DNA from: Acidimicrobiaceae bacterium
GTDB taxonomy: Bacteria > Actinomycetota > Acidimicrobiia > Acidimicrobiales > JAUTXP01
DNA length: 64,000 bases
Direction of reading: 5' to 3'
Assembly (NCBI GenBank): GCA_030837965.1
Contig: JAUTXP010000021.1
Coordinates: 14,844 to 78,843 of the forward strand
Position 1 is the stretch's first letter, and each line of letters starts with the position of its first letter. A program made the translations under genes and the position numbers. This document shows, one piece after another, positions 7,318-16,788 of the stretch. The notes under the pieces were generated by a model. It did not search any database. It saw only the letters and a program-made list of their open reading frames with translations, and was not told the origin of the DNA.

Positions 7318-8637
7318 ATGAAAGCCACCGTCGAGCCCCTCGAGGGCAACAAGGTCAAGCTCTCGGTCGAGGTCGACGACAGCGAGTTCGAAAAGGCGCT
7401 GGACGCCGCCTTCCGCAAGATGGCCCACGAGGTGCGCATCCCCGGCTTCCGGCCGGGCAAGGCGCCCCGCAAGCTGCTGGAAGCCAGGCTGGGCAAGGAC
7501 ACGGCTCGGCAGGAGGCCCTGCGCGAGGCGCTGCCCGACTACTACGCGCAGGCCGTCAAGGACGCCGACCTCGACCCCATCGCCCCGCCCGAGATCGACA
7601 TCACGTCCGAGGGCGCGGAAGGCCCCATCGCCTTCGACGCCGTCGTCGAGGTCCGGCCCCTGGTCGCCATCCCCGGATACGGCGGGCTCCAGGTCACGGT
7701 CCCCAGCCCGCACGTCACCGACGAGGACGTCGACCGCCAGATCGACCGCATGCGCGAGCGCGACGCCGACCTGCGTCCGGTGGAGCGGGCCGCTCGCAGC
7801 GGCGATGTCGTCACCATCGACCTGACCGCGGGGGACAGCGACCTGGCCGACACCTCCTACGAAGTGGGGTCGGAGTCGCTGGTGCCCGGGCTGGACGAGC
7901 AACTGGCCGGGGCCAAGGTCGGCGACATCCTCCAGTTCGACGCCACCGCCCAGGGGGCGGAAGAGCCCACGAGCATCCGCGTGCTGGTCAAGGACGTGAA
8001 GGAAAAGGTGCTCCCCGAGCCCACCGACGAGTGGGCGGCCGAGGCGTCGGAGTTCGAGACGGTGGCCGAGCTGCGCGAGGACACCCGCAAGCGGCTGGCC
8101 ACGGTCAAGCGCCTGCAAGCCAGTCTGGCCATGCGCGACGAGTCGTTGAAGGCGCTCGTCCAGTTGGTCGAGGACGACGTGCCCAAGCCGCTGGTCGACC
8201 AGGAGGTCGAGCGCAGGGCCCGCGACCTGTCGCACCGCCTGGAGCACCAGGGCGCCTCGATCGTGCAGTACCTCCATGCGACGGGCACGACCGAGGAGCA
8301 GTTCGTGGGCCAGCTCACGGCCGACGCGGTGGAGGCGGTGAAGGCCGACCTGGCCTTGCGGGCCCTGGCCGAGGCCGAGCAGATCGAGCCCACCGAGGAA
8401 GACGTGGACGAAGAGGTGGCCCGGCTGGCCCAGCGCTTCGAGGTCAAGCCGGACAAGCTGCGCAAGGACCTCGAACGCCAAGAGGCCATCCCTACGGTAC
8501 GCTCGGACGTCAAGAAGGCGAAGGCCCTGGAGTGGCTCGTCCAACACGTCGAGGTCGTCGACGAGGAGGGCCACCCCATCGACAGAGCCGATCTGTCCCC
8601 CGAGGCAGAGCCGCTGGAACAGGAGCCCGCAGAGTGA
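7318..8637 (+). CDS. tig: Trigger factor
   Basis: [55 protein letters not shown] is the canonical trigger-factor N-terminus. TAGACT lies 10 nt upstream of the ATG. Confidence 0.92.
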   Translation: MKATVEPLEGNKVKLSVEVDDSEFEKALDAAFRKMAHEVRIPGFRPGKAPRKLLEARLGKDTARQEALREALPDYYAQAVKDADLDPIAPPEIDITSEGAEGPIAFDAVVEVRPLVAIPGYGGLQVTVPSPHVTDEDVDRQIDRMRERDADLRPVERAARSGDVVTIDLTAGDSDLADTSYEVGSESLVPGLDEQLAGAKVGDILQFDATAQGAEEPTSIRVLVKDVKEKVLPEPTDEWAAEASEFETVAELREDTRKRLATVKRLQASLAMRDESLKALVQLVEDDVPKPLVDQEVERRARDLSHRLEHQGASIVQYLHATGTTEEQFVGQLTADAVEAVKADLALRALAEAEQIEPTEEDVDEEVARLAQRFEVKPDKLRKDLERQEAIPTVRSDVKKAKALEWLVQHVEVVDEEGHPIDRADLSPEAEPLEQEPAE

Positions 8638-9269
8638 TACAGCCCGCGTACAGCTATCTCGTGCCCACGGTGGTCGAGTCCTCCAACCGGGGCGAGCGGG
8701 CCTATGACCTGTACTCGCGGCTGCTCAAGGAGAACATCATCTTCTTGGGAACCCCCATCGACGACACCATCGCCAACCTGGTGTGCGCGCAACTGCTGTT
8801 CCTCGAGGCCGAGAACCCGGACAAGGAGATCAGCCTCTACATCAACTCGCCCGGCGGCGAGATCACGGCCCTGTTCGCCATCTACGACACGATGCAGTTC
8901 ATCAAGAACGACGTGTCCACGTTCTGTTACGGCCAGGCCGCGTCGGCCGCGGCCGTGCTGTTGGCGGGCGGCACCCACGGCAAGCGCTACGCCCTGCCCC
9001 ACGCCCGCATCCTGCTGCACCAGCCTTGGGGCGGCGCCGCCGGACAGGCCACCGACATCGAGCTTCAGGCCAAGGAGATCCTGCGCATGCGGGACCTCCT
9101 GAACCAGATCCTCGCCCGTCACTCCACGCAGACGATCGAGAAGATCGAGCGGGACACGGACCGGGATTTCATCATGTCCGCCGAAGAGGCCAAGGACTAC
9201 GGCATCATCGATGAGGTGATCCGAAGTCGCGAGCTGGCCGACACTCCGGTTGCGGCCGGGGTGGCCTAG
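8634..9269 (+). CDS. clpP: ATP-dependent Clp protease proteolytic subunit
   Basis: [32 protein letters not shown]...[11 protein letters not shown]...[11 protein letters not shown]...HQP. The only in-frame start upstream of YLVP is GTG at 8634, which overlaps the tig stop (GTGA). Confidence 0.92.
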   Translation: MIQPAYSYLVPTVVESSNRGERAYDLYSRLLKENIIFLGTPIDDTIANLVCAQLLFLEAENPDKEISLYINSPGGEITALFAIYDTMQFIKNDVSTFCYGQAASAAAVLLAGGTHGKRYALPHARILLHQPWGGAAGQATDIELQAKEILRMRDLLNQILARHSTQTIEKIERDTDRDFIMSAEEAKDYGIIDEVIRSRELADTPVAAGVA

Positions 9270-9289
9270 GAAGTCGGGGGGGAACGACG

Positions 9290-10564
9290 GTGGCCAAGTT
9301 CGGGGACGGGGGCGACCTCGTCAAGTGCAGCTTCTGCGGCAAGTCGCAGAAGCAGGTCAAAAAGCTCATCGCAGGGCCTGGGGTCTACATCTGCGACGAA
9401 TGCATCGACCTGTGCAACGACATCATCGAAGAGGAGCTGGCCGAGTCGTCGGAGATGCGCTTCGACGAGCTGCCCAAGCCCCAGGAGATCTTCTCGTTCC
9501 TGAACGACTACGTCATCGGCCAGGACCGGGCCAAGAAGATCCTGTCGGTCGCCGTCTACAACCACTACAAGCGGGTGCAGTCGGGCGCGTACCACGACTC
9601 CGACGTGGAGCTGGCCAAGTCGAACATCTTGCTGTTGGGGCCGACCGGGTGCGGCAAGACGCTGCTGGCCCAGACGCTGGCCCGCATGCTCAACGTCCCA
9701 TTCGCCATTGCCGACGCCACTGCGTTGACCGAGGCCGGCTACGTGGGCGAGGACGTCGAGAACATCCTGCTGAAGCTGATCCAGGCGGCCGACTACGACG
9801 TCAAGAAGGCCGAGACGGGGATCATCTACATCGACGAGATCGACAAGATCGCCCGCAAGTCGGAGAACCCGTCGATCACGCGTGACGTGTCGGGCGAGGG
9901 CGTGCAGCAGGCCCTGTTGAAGATCCTGGAGGGGACTACGGCGTCGGTGCCGCCCCAGGGCGGGCGCAAGCATCCGCACCAGGAGTTCATCCAGATCGAC
10001 ACGACCAACATCTTGTTCATCTGCGGCGGGGCCTTCGCCGGGCTGGACAAGATCATCGAGTCGCGCATCGGGCGCAAGGGCATCGGCTTCCGGGCCGACA
10101 TCGCCAAGTCGTCCGAGAAGGACGAGGGCGCCTTGATGGCCCAGGTGCTGCCCGAGGACCTGCTCAAGTTCGGCCTCATCCCCGAGTTCGTCGGCCGCCT
10201 GCCCGTCATCGGCGCCGTGTCCGGCCTGGACCGGGGCGCGCTGGTGGAGATCCTGGTCGAGCCCAAGAACGCCTTGGTGAAGCAGTACCGCAAGGTGTTC
10301 GAGCTGGACGGCGTGGAGCTCGAGTTCTCCACCGACGCCCTCGAGGCCGTGGCCGAGCAGGCCCTGTTGCGGGGCACCGGCGCCCGCGGCCTGCGGGCCA
10401 TCTTGGAAGAGGTGCTGTTGGAGGTCATGTACGACCTGCCCAGCCGCACCGACATCGGCGGGTGCGTGATCACCCGCGAGGTGGTGCTCGAGCGGGTCAA
10501 CCCGACCCTGGTCCCGCGCGCCGAGACCGACAAGACCGACCGCCCCCGCCGGGCCGCCTCCTAA
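9290..10564 (+). CDS. clpX: ATP-dependent Clp protease ATP-binding subunit ClpX
   Basis: Zn-finger [30 protein letters not shown], Walker A GPTGCGKT, and IYIDEIDKI. Confidence 0.95.
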   Translation: MAKFGDGGDLVKCSFCGKSQKQVKKLIAGPGVYICDECIDLCNDIIEEELAESSEMRFDELPKPQEIFSFLNDYVIGQDRAKKILSVAVYNHYKRVQSGAYHDSDVELAKSNILLLGPTGCGKTLLAQTLARMLNVPFAIADATALTEAGYVGEDVENILLKLIQAADYDVKKAETGIIYIDEIDKIARKSENPSITRDVSGEGVQQALLKILEGTTASVPPQGGRKHPHQEFIQIDTTNILFICGGAFAGLDKIIESRIGRKGIGFRADIAKSSEKDEGALMAQVLPEDLLKFGLIPEFVGRLPVIGAVSGLDRGALVEILVEPKNALVKQYRKVFELDGVELEFSTDALEAVAEQALLRGTGARGLRAILEEVLLEVMYDLPSRTDIGGCVITREVVLERVNPTLVPRAETDKTDRPRRAAS

Positions 10565-10643
10565 CCTCCGGCGGGCCGCGGGCCGCCGCCCGCCTTCGCG
10601 GGCCCGTCCCGCCTCTCTATCTCGTCTCTTCCCCCTCACGTTG

Positions 10644-10692
10644 AGCACGTCTTGTCGCGCTCATTGCCATATGCGGCACTGAGCGCGGACGG
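10644..10692. repeat. Hairpin, family C copy (contains AGCACGTCTTGTCGCGCT)
   Basis: The 18-nt AGCACGTCTTGTCGCGCT at 10644-10661 is identical to the reverse complement of 30003-30020. It pairs imperfectly with GAGCGCGGACG downstream. Confidence 0.4.
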
Positions 10693-10756
10693 CATGGGCA
10701 GCAAATCGCCTGTGATTCGGCGGCCAGCCCGTCGCCCAAGCCGCTCATGCACACTC

Positions 10757-10786
10757 GGCGCCGGCGCCGGCGCCGGCGCCGGCGCC
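10757..10786. repeat. (GGCGCC)x5 hexanucleotide microsatellite
   Basis: Five perfect tandem copies read directly. The unit is itself palindromic. Confidence 0.9.
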
Positions 10787-10971
10787 CTGCCCCCGGACGC
10801 CCTGCCCGAGGCCAGTTGGGTCTTGCCGATGGGCCTCGACGCCACCGGCAATCCGATGCTGGCGAAGACGCTGGCCGGGGTACCTGTTTGCGAATGGACA
10901 ACGCGCCCGGCTGGTCCTTCTCCTGTCCTTGAAGGACAGTCCAAGGTCCACCGTGCACCTTCGTCCCGCGG

Positions 10972-11349
10972 TCAGGGATGGATCAGTTCGACGTGGCGTC
11001 CGGACGCAGCCGCAAGCCGTTCGAGATCCTCGCGGTCGACCGTCACGATCTCGTCGCCGTCGGCTGCGAGCAACACGACGCCGGCATCGATGACATCAGC
11101 CAGCCCCGCGGCACCGAGGAGCAACCCAGCCGCCCGGCCAAGTGGCTCATCGAGCGCGCGGACGTCGATTCCACCGAGAGCCTGAGACAACCGGGCCTGA
11201 CGCGGGCCGCCGCGCCACACCTGTCCAAGGACCCCGGCGTGGGTCAGCGGGAGGTCTCCATCGACTTGGGCGGCCTTCAAGCGGACCCACATCTGGCGTT
11301 CATTGCGCTCCAACGCGATCAGCGCGCCGCTGTCGAGGACGAGGCTCAC
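10972..11349 (-). CDS. vapC: PIN-domain toxin (VapC-like)
   Basis: The 125-aa protein starts LVLDSGALIALER. Acidic residues are spaced as in PIN domains (D6, E13, ..DAGVVLLAADGDEIVTVDRED). 4-nt overlap with the upstream antitoxin gene. Confidence 0.75.
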   Translation of the reverse strand: MSLVLDSGALIALERNERQMWVRLKAAQVDGDLPLTHAGVLGQVWRGGPRQARLSQALGGIDVRALDEPLGRAAGLLLGAAGLADVIDAGVVLLAADGDEIVTVDREDLERLAAASGRHVELIHP

Positions 11350-11648
11350 GCCGACTTCGTCTTGCCCGCGGCCTGTCGGCGCCGACCGCGAACGACCGTC
11401 GCGTCCTGCCGATCAGCCCGCCTTTGGGCGGTAATCTCCTCGGCGCTGATCTCGCCGAACTCGTTCTCGTAATCGGCCACCGCTGCGGCCAGGAGCGCGA
11501 GCTTCCGATCACGCCGGATCTTGTCCTCCAGCGCGGCGCTGACCCAACCGCTGACGGACTCTGCTTGCCCGGACTCGACCGCCCGCTGACCAGCCTCGAC
11601 CAGGTCCGGGTCGACCGTCACGGTGAGACGATGCTTCTTCGAAGTCAT
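11346..11648 (-). CDS. vapB: Type II antitoxin (ribbon-helix-helix-like, VapB-like)
   Basis: The 100-aa protein has N-terminal KKHRLTVTVDPDLVEAGQRAV (RHH-like). Its position and overlap with the PIN gene fit an antitoxin. Confidence 0.65.
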   Translation of the reverse strand: MTSKKHRLTVTVDPDLVEAGQRAVESGQAESVSGWVSAALEDKIRRDRKLALLAAAVADYENEFGEISAEEITAQRRADRQDATVVRGRRRQAAGKTKSA

Positions 11649-11676
11649 ACTCTGATGCTAACAGAGGTATAACGGT

Positions 11677-12698
11677 ATGCATATCCCTCCGGGGAGCCCC
11701 GTTTGGGGACGCGATGCCACACTTGGAAGGTCGGGACTCTCGCCATCGACCGTGCGTAACTGGCGGGCGGCCGGGAGGCTGGTGCCGGTGCAGCCTCGGG
11801 TCGACCGGGTCGCCGGGGCGCCGGTGACCTGGGAGCAACACGTGCTGGCCGCGGTCCTCAGCGCAGGCCGGGCCGCAGCCGCGTCGCACCGGGCCGCCGG
11901 GCGCATCTGGCGCATCCACCCGGGCGACGCGCCGGTGGAGATCGTCGTGCCGCGGGGCCGTAGCGCCCGGCTCCACCACGGCGTCGTCGTCCACCACACG
12001 ACCGACGACATCCCGACCGTCCGTCGCCAGGCCATACCGACGACGACGCCGATGCGCACCACCGTCGATCTCGGCGCGGTCGAGCGACACCGGGCGGTGG
12101 AGGACGCATTGGACCGGGCCTTGGCCGACAAGCTGTGCACGTTGCCCGCCGTCGAGTGGGAGCTGGCCCGCGTGGCTCGGCCCGGGCGCAGGGGAGCGGG
12201 GGTGCTGCACCGCGTGCTCGACGCCCGGGCCCTGGGCGACCAGCGGCCCGACGGGCTGTTGGAGCCCGGTTCGCCCGGTTGGTCCGGCGGTACGGCCTGC
12301 CCGAGCCCGTGTTCCAGTATTGGATCGGCCCCTACCGGGTCGACTTCGGCATCGGCCCTGCCACGTGGACCACCACGTCGTTCACGACCCAGGTCATCGG
12401 CGTGGAGGACGGCCAGCCCGTCAACAAGTCCGGGAGCTGTTCGATGAACGGGACCACGTCGATGGCGGTGTGGGGCGGCGGCGGGATCTACTCGGGCACG
12501 TGGGTGTGCACCGGGGACTACGCGCGCACCGGCACCTTCGAGTGGTACTTCACCGGTCCCGGCGGCGGGCCATGGCTGTTCCACGACTTCGCCCCTTCGA
12601 CCCTGGTGGACCACTGCTACGGCGTGCCCGTGTACTCCTCGCCGCCCCCCATCCACCAGATCACGATCTATTGCGCGGGGGTCGCAGCCTCGCCCTGA
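11677..12698 (+). pseudogene. Frameshifted and truncated DUF559/AbiEi-N-like gene, fused to an unrelated C-terminal fragment
   Basis: Frame 1 reads GLSPSTVRNWRAAGRLVPVQPRV ... VLDARALGDQRPDGLLE. Homology continues in another frame (ARFARLVRRYGLPEPVFQYWIGPYRVDF), which implies a 1-nt deletion near 12264. After YRVDFG the sequence becomes unrelated (ATWTTTSF...YCAGVAASP). Confidence 0.65.
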
Positions 12699-12723
12699 GG
12701 CGGCTCAGGTTCCAAGGCGGGTC

Positions 12724-13329
12724 GTGCGGGGCAATACTGAGGGCATGGGAAAGGCTTTGAAGTTCGCGTTCTTGGGTGGGTTGGCGGGCGCCGGTTATGC
12801 CGGGTACCAGGCCCTCCAGCAGGACGAGACCATCGAGGAGGTGGCCCGCAAGGCGGCGACGGTGGGCGGTGAGGCGGCCGCCGCCGGGCTGGCTGTGGGC
12901 TTCATGCTCGATCGACGCACCCGGCGCAAGGTCAGGGCCGCGGCCGCGCTGGCCGCCAGCAGACGCAGCAAGCTGGCGGGTGCGGCCTTGGCCGCCAAGC
13001 CGGTCATGGAGAAGGCGCTCGAGTACGCGGGGCAGGCCGCCGACGCGGCCCGGCCCCGGGTCGAGCATGCGGCCGAGGTCACCAAGGAGCGGGCAACCCA
13101 CGCGGCGGCGGTGGCCAAGCCCGTGGTGAGCAAGGCGGCCAAGCAGGCGGCCGAGGCGACCAGGGACTACGCCGTGCACGCCGCCGAGGCAGCCCGACCC
13201 ACCATCGAGAAGGCGGCCGACGCGGCCCGGCCTCGGGTCATCGATCTGCGGGACAAGGTGGTCGAGAAGGCCTCGGCCATGACGGCCGACGTGGACGGCC
13301 CCCGCAAGCTCGTCCTCTCGATCGCCTAG
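12724..13329 (+). CDS. Ala-rich membrane-associated hypothetical protein with Pro-punctuated amphipathic repeats
   Basis: Hydrophobic N-terminal segments (FAFLGGLAGAGYAGY; AAAAGLAVGFML) are followed by repeated A(K/R)P(V/R/T)(V/I) units about 11/22 residues apart. The alternative start ATG 12745 is equally plausible. Confidence 0.5.
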   Translation: MRGNTEGMGKALKFAFLGGLAGAGYAGYQALQQDETIEEVARKAATVGGEAAAAGLAVGFMLDRRTRRKVRAAAALAASRRSKLAGAALAAKPVMEKALEYAGQAADAARPRVEHAAEVTKERATHAAAVAKPVVSKAAKQAAEATRDYAVHAAEAARPTIEKAADAARPRVIDLRDKVVEKASAMTADVDGPRKLVLSIA

Positions 13330-13472
13330 CCCAGGCGGCGCAGCCCACCGACCCGACGCCACCGGGCGCCGCCCCCAAACCCGCGCTGCGCCTCTGGCGG
13401 TCCTGACCCACCGGCTGACCCACCGGTTCGGCTCGGCAGGCGCTGGCGGCCGCCGCCTAACCTCGACCCGCC

Positions 13473-14960
13473 GTGCGCCTGCTCTCCACACCCGTTCGCC
13501 TGTCCGGCCCCTTGGTGCTGAGCCAACTGGTGCTGCTCGTCACCGCCGATCAGCGCAGGCTTGAGGACCCGTCCATCGACTGGTCGCCCTCGGTCCTCGC
13601 GGGCGACCTGGCCGGGCAGTATGCGGCCGAGCGGGAGTTGGCCAGGGAGGGCCACGACCGGGCCACCGTGGGCAGGGACGAGTTCATCGAGCGGGTTCAC
13701 GCCTTCGAGGCCGGGCGGCGCACGGCCGCGGCCCAGACGTTCGGGCGACTCGGCCTCGGCCTCGACCTCGACGCCGCCGCGGTGGACAGGGACGAGGTCA
13801 TCACCGCGGCCCGTACCGCGTTCGTGCAGCTCTACGAGGCGGGCCTGCTCCATCGGTCGGAACTGGTCGTGGACACGTGCCCACGCTGCGCCACCGTGGT
13901 CGACCCGGTGGACGCGCTGCCCGCCGAACTCGACGGCGAGCGGCTGTTGGTCGACGCGGGCGACGTCAAGGTGGCCACTCTCGCGCCCGAACTGTTGCTC
14001 GGCGTGGTCGCCGTCGTCGTCCCGCCTGAGCATCCGGCCGCGGGCGGCGAGGCCAAGGTGCCCGTCGCCCATCGCAGTGTGCCCGTCCTGGCGGACGCCG
14101 CCGCGGTCGAGCCCGCCTTCTTGGTGCCCGCCCATGACGCCACGGCGCTGGAGACGGCCAGGGCCAACGGCCTGTTCCCCATCGAGGTGCTGGACGACCT
14201 GGGCGAGGTCTCCCAACCCGGCCCCCTTCACCGTCTGGCCCGGTTCGCGGCCCGAGCCGCGGCCCGCGACCTGCTGCTCGCGGAGGGCGTGCTGATCGAT
14301 GCCGCGCCCGCGCCCGAGGCCGCGGCCCGGTGCCGCCGCTGCAGCACGGTCGTGGTGCCCCGCCTCGGCCTGCACTGGTTCCTCGACATGACCGACCTGG
14401 AAGTGGCCGCGGCCGACCAGTTGCGAGAAGGCGTGCTCGATGTGTCCCCCGCGGGCGCCAGGGACGAGCTGGTAAACCGGGCCGGTGCGGGCGGCACGTG
14501 GTGCCTCAGTCATCAGGTATGGGCGGGCTCGCCCGTCCCCGTGTCGACATGCCGTGACTGCGGCCAACTGTGCGTGGCCGTCGACATGCCCACGTCGTGC
14601 GGCAAGTGCATGGGCGAGTTGGCGGCCGACGACTCCGTGCTCGACGCCCGGTTCGTGGGCGCGGTGTGGCCGCTGGCCGCAGCCGGTTGGCCCGACGCCC
14701 GGCCCGACCCCGACGACGTGTCCGACACCGAGTTGCTCACGACCCCTGCCGGCCTCATCCGGTGGGCCCTGCCCATGGCCGCCCTCGGCCTGCGCCTGGC
14801 CGGTGCCGCCCCGTTCGCCCGAGTGACCGCAGTCGACGTGCGCACCGACCCCGACGACCCCGAGCCCCAGGTCGTGGCCGACCTCGACGCGCTGATCGAG
14901 GCCGAAGGCGCAGGCCCGGTGCGGGCCGCCCTGCTGGCGGGCTCGCTCGAACTGGCCTGA
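13473..14960 (+). CDS. ValRS-like protein: catalytic-core and CP1 homologue lacking HIGH, KMSKS and the anticodon-binding domain
   Basis: It is colinear with class Ia ValRS. Examples: LAREGHDRATVGRDEFIERV vs L.KEGKTRHDLGRE.FLERV; VVDTCPRCATVV vs VNWCPRC.T.L; LVPAHD vs TPAHD; GWPD vs GWPE. An in-frame TAA at 13458-13460 blocks upstream extension. The KMSKS position reads DDPEPQ. The stop overlaps the folC ATG. Confidence 0.75.
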   Translation: MRLLSTPVRLSGPLVLSQLVLLVTADQRRLEDPSIDWSPSVLAGDLAGQYAAERELAREGHDRATVGRDEFIERVHAFEAGRRTAAAQTFGRLGLGLDLDAAAVDRDEVITAARTAFVQLYEAGLLHRSELVVDTCPRCATVVDPVDALPAELDGERLLVDAGDVKVATLAPELLLGVVAVVVPPEHPAAGGEAKVPVAHRSVPVLADAAAVEPAFLVPAHDATALETARANGLFPIEVLDDLGEVSQPGPLHRLARFAARAAARDLLLAEGVLIDAAPAPEAAARCRRCSTVVVPRLGLHWFLDMTDLEVAAADQLREGVLDVSPAGARDELVNRAGAGGTWCLSHQVWAGSPVPVSTCRDCGQLCVAVDMPTSCGKCMGELAADDSVLDARFVGAVWPLAAAGWPDARPDPDDVSDTELLTTPAGLIRWALPMAALGLRLAGAAPFARVTAVDVRTDPDDPEPQVVADLDALIEAEGAGPVRAALLAGSLELA

Positions 14961-16258
14961 TGAACTGGACGTTCGGCGAGGCGGCCGCGTACCTCGACTC
15001 GCATGTGAACCTGGAGGCGGTGTCGGCCCGTCGGGTGCAGGCACCGACCCTCGACCGCATTCGCAGGCTCACCGAGCTCATGGCCGATCCGCAGCACCAG
15101 TACCCGGTCGTGCACGTGACAGGAACGAACGGCAAGACGTCGACCGCGGCCATTGCCACCTCGCTCCTCCAGGCCAAGGGCCTGTCGGTCGGCACCTACA
15201 CCAGCCCCCATCTCGAACGGGTGAACGAGCGCCTGTCGTGGAACGGCGAGCCCATCAGCGACGGCGCGTTGGCCGAGGTGCTCGAACAGCTCGCCCACAT
15301 CGAGCCTTTGTTGGACGAACGGCCGACCGTGTTCGAATTGTTGACCGCGGCCGCCTTCCGCTGGTTCGCGGACGTCGCCGTCGATGTGGCCGTGATCGAG
15401 GTGGGCCTGGGCGGCACGTGGGACGCGACCAACGTGGCCGACGGGCGCGTCGCCGTCGTCACCAACGTGGGCATCGACCACGTCGAGTACCTCGGCCCGA
15501 CGCGGGAGGGGATCGCCAAGGAGAAGTCGGGAATCGTCAAGCCCGGCAGCACGCTGGTTCTCGGGGAGACGGACCCGGCCTTGGCCCCGGTGTTCGACGC
15601 CGCGGGCGCCAACGAGGTGTGGCGGCGGGATCAGGACTTCGCGTGCGAGGCCAACCGCCTCGCGCTCGGCGGCAGGCTGCTCGACCTGCGCACGCCGGGT
15701 GCCCGCTACGACGACGTGTACCTGCCCCTTCACGGCGCCCATCAGGGCGACAACGCCGCATGCGCGCTGGCCGCGGCCGAGGCCTTCTTCGCCGCGCCCA
15801 TCGAGGCGGACCTGGTGGCCGAGGGCATGGCTGCGGCCCGGTCGCCCGGGCGGATGGAGGTGGTGGGCCGCCATCCGCTGTGCATCCTCGACGGGGCCCA
15901 CAACCCGGCCGGGGCACGGGCCGCAGCGGCCACGTTGGCCGAGGCCTTCCCCGAGTCGGCGTCGCGCATCTTGGTCCTCGGCCTGCTGCACGGCCGCGAC
16001 CCGGACGACATGCTCGCCGCGCTGGGCACCTCCGGGGTGCGCATGATCGTGGCCTGCCCGCCGCCATCGCCGCGCGCCCTCCCCACGTCCGAGGTGGCTG
16101 CCGCCGCGGCCCGCGCGGGCGTGCCCGTCGTGGAGGTGGACTCCGTGGCCGGCGCGGTCGACAAGGCCGTGGACATGGCCGAGCCCGAGGAGCTGGTGCT
16201 GGTCACCGGCTCGCTGTACGTCGTCGGGGCGGCCAGGTCGGCGTTGCGCAGCCGCTAA
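14960..16258 (+). CDS. folC: Bifunctional folylpolyglutamate synthase / dihydrofolate synthase
   Basis: YPVVHVTGTNGKTSTAAI, Mur-ligase-family central and C-terminal domains, and the ATG overlapping the upstream stop. Confidence 0.9.
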   Translation: MNWTFGEAAAYLDSHVNLEAVSARRVQAPTLDRIRRLTELMADPQHQYPVVHVTGTNGKTSTAAIATSLLQAKGLSVGTYTSPHLERVNERLSWNGEPISDGALAEVLEQLAHIEPLLDERPTVFELLTAAAFRWFADVAVDVAVIEVGLGGTWDATNVADGRVAVVTNVGIDHVEYLGPTREGIAKEKSGIVKPGSTLVLGETDPALAPVFDAAGANEVWRRDQDFACEANRLALGGRLLDLRTPGARYDDVYLPLHGAHQGDNAACALAAAEAFFAAPIEADLVAEGMAAARSPGRMEVVGRHPLCILDGAHNPAGARAAAATLAEAFPESASRILVLGLLHGRDPDDMLAALGTSGVRMIVACPPPSPRALPTSEVAAAAARAGVPVVEVDSVAGAVDKAVDMAEPEELVLVTGSLYVVGAARSALRSR

Positions 16259-16270
16259 CGTCCCCGCCTC

Positions 16271-16678
16271 ATGGACCGGACCCTGGTGATCTGCAAGCCC
16301 GACGCGGTCGAGCGGGGGCTGGTCGGCGAGATCGTGTCCCGGTTGGAGCGAAAGGGCCTGCGGCTGGCCGCGGCCGAGCTGCGGACCATCGACGCCGACA
16401 CCGCGGGCCGTCATTACGAGGAGCATCAAGGCAAGCCCTTCTTCGCCAGCCTGGTCGAGTTCATCACCCGCTCGCCGTCCATGCTGATGGTGGTGGAGGG
16501 CCCGCAGGACACGTGGAAGGTCGTGCGCACGATGATGGGCGTGACCAACCCGATCGAGGCCGCGCCCGGCACCATCCGCGGCGACCTGGGCCTGCTGATG
16601 ACCGAGAACCTGGTCCACGGCTCGGACGGTCCCGAGTCGGCCGAACGCGAGGTCGGCATCTTCTTCCCGAACCTCTGA
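16271..16678 (+). CDS. ndk: Nucleoside diphosphate kinase
   Basis: MDRTLVICKPDAVERGLVGEIVSRLERKGL ... NLVHGSD, full-length 135 aa. Confidence 0.95.
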   Translation: MDRTLVICKPDAVERGLVGEIVSRLERKGLRLAAAELRTIDADTAGRHYEEHQGKPFFASLVEFITRSPSMLMVVEGPQDTWKVVRTMMGVTNPIEAAPGTIRGDLGLLMTENLVHGSDGPESAEREVGIFFPNL

Positions 16679-16788
16679 CGGGCGCGATAGCGCCTGGTGG
16701 GGACGAAGTGGGGGATGCCGGGTGGCGGCGGCGGCCAATCCCTCATAGCCTGGTCGGCTGACCTCCAACCCCGAGGAGGCCCCGCCGC

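Noticed and set aside
10636-10944. A 102-aa minus-strand ORF with a P-loop-like PIGKTQLAS segment and coding-like GC3. It might be a relic of an NTPase gene downstream of vapBC.
   Set aside because: The GxxxxGK(T/S) pattern is incomplete (SRPIGKT). I recognise no other motif. The ORF contains the microsatellite and ends inside the family C hairpin. I cannot support a call without a homology search.
10652-11185. A 177-aa plus-strand ORF spanning the clpX-vapC spacer and running into vapC.
   Set aside because: It overlaps the PIN gene antisense, is low-complexity (Ala/Gly/Pro/Ser/Arg) and contains the microsatellite as GAGAGAGA. No family is recognised.
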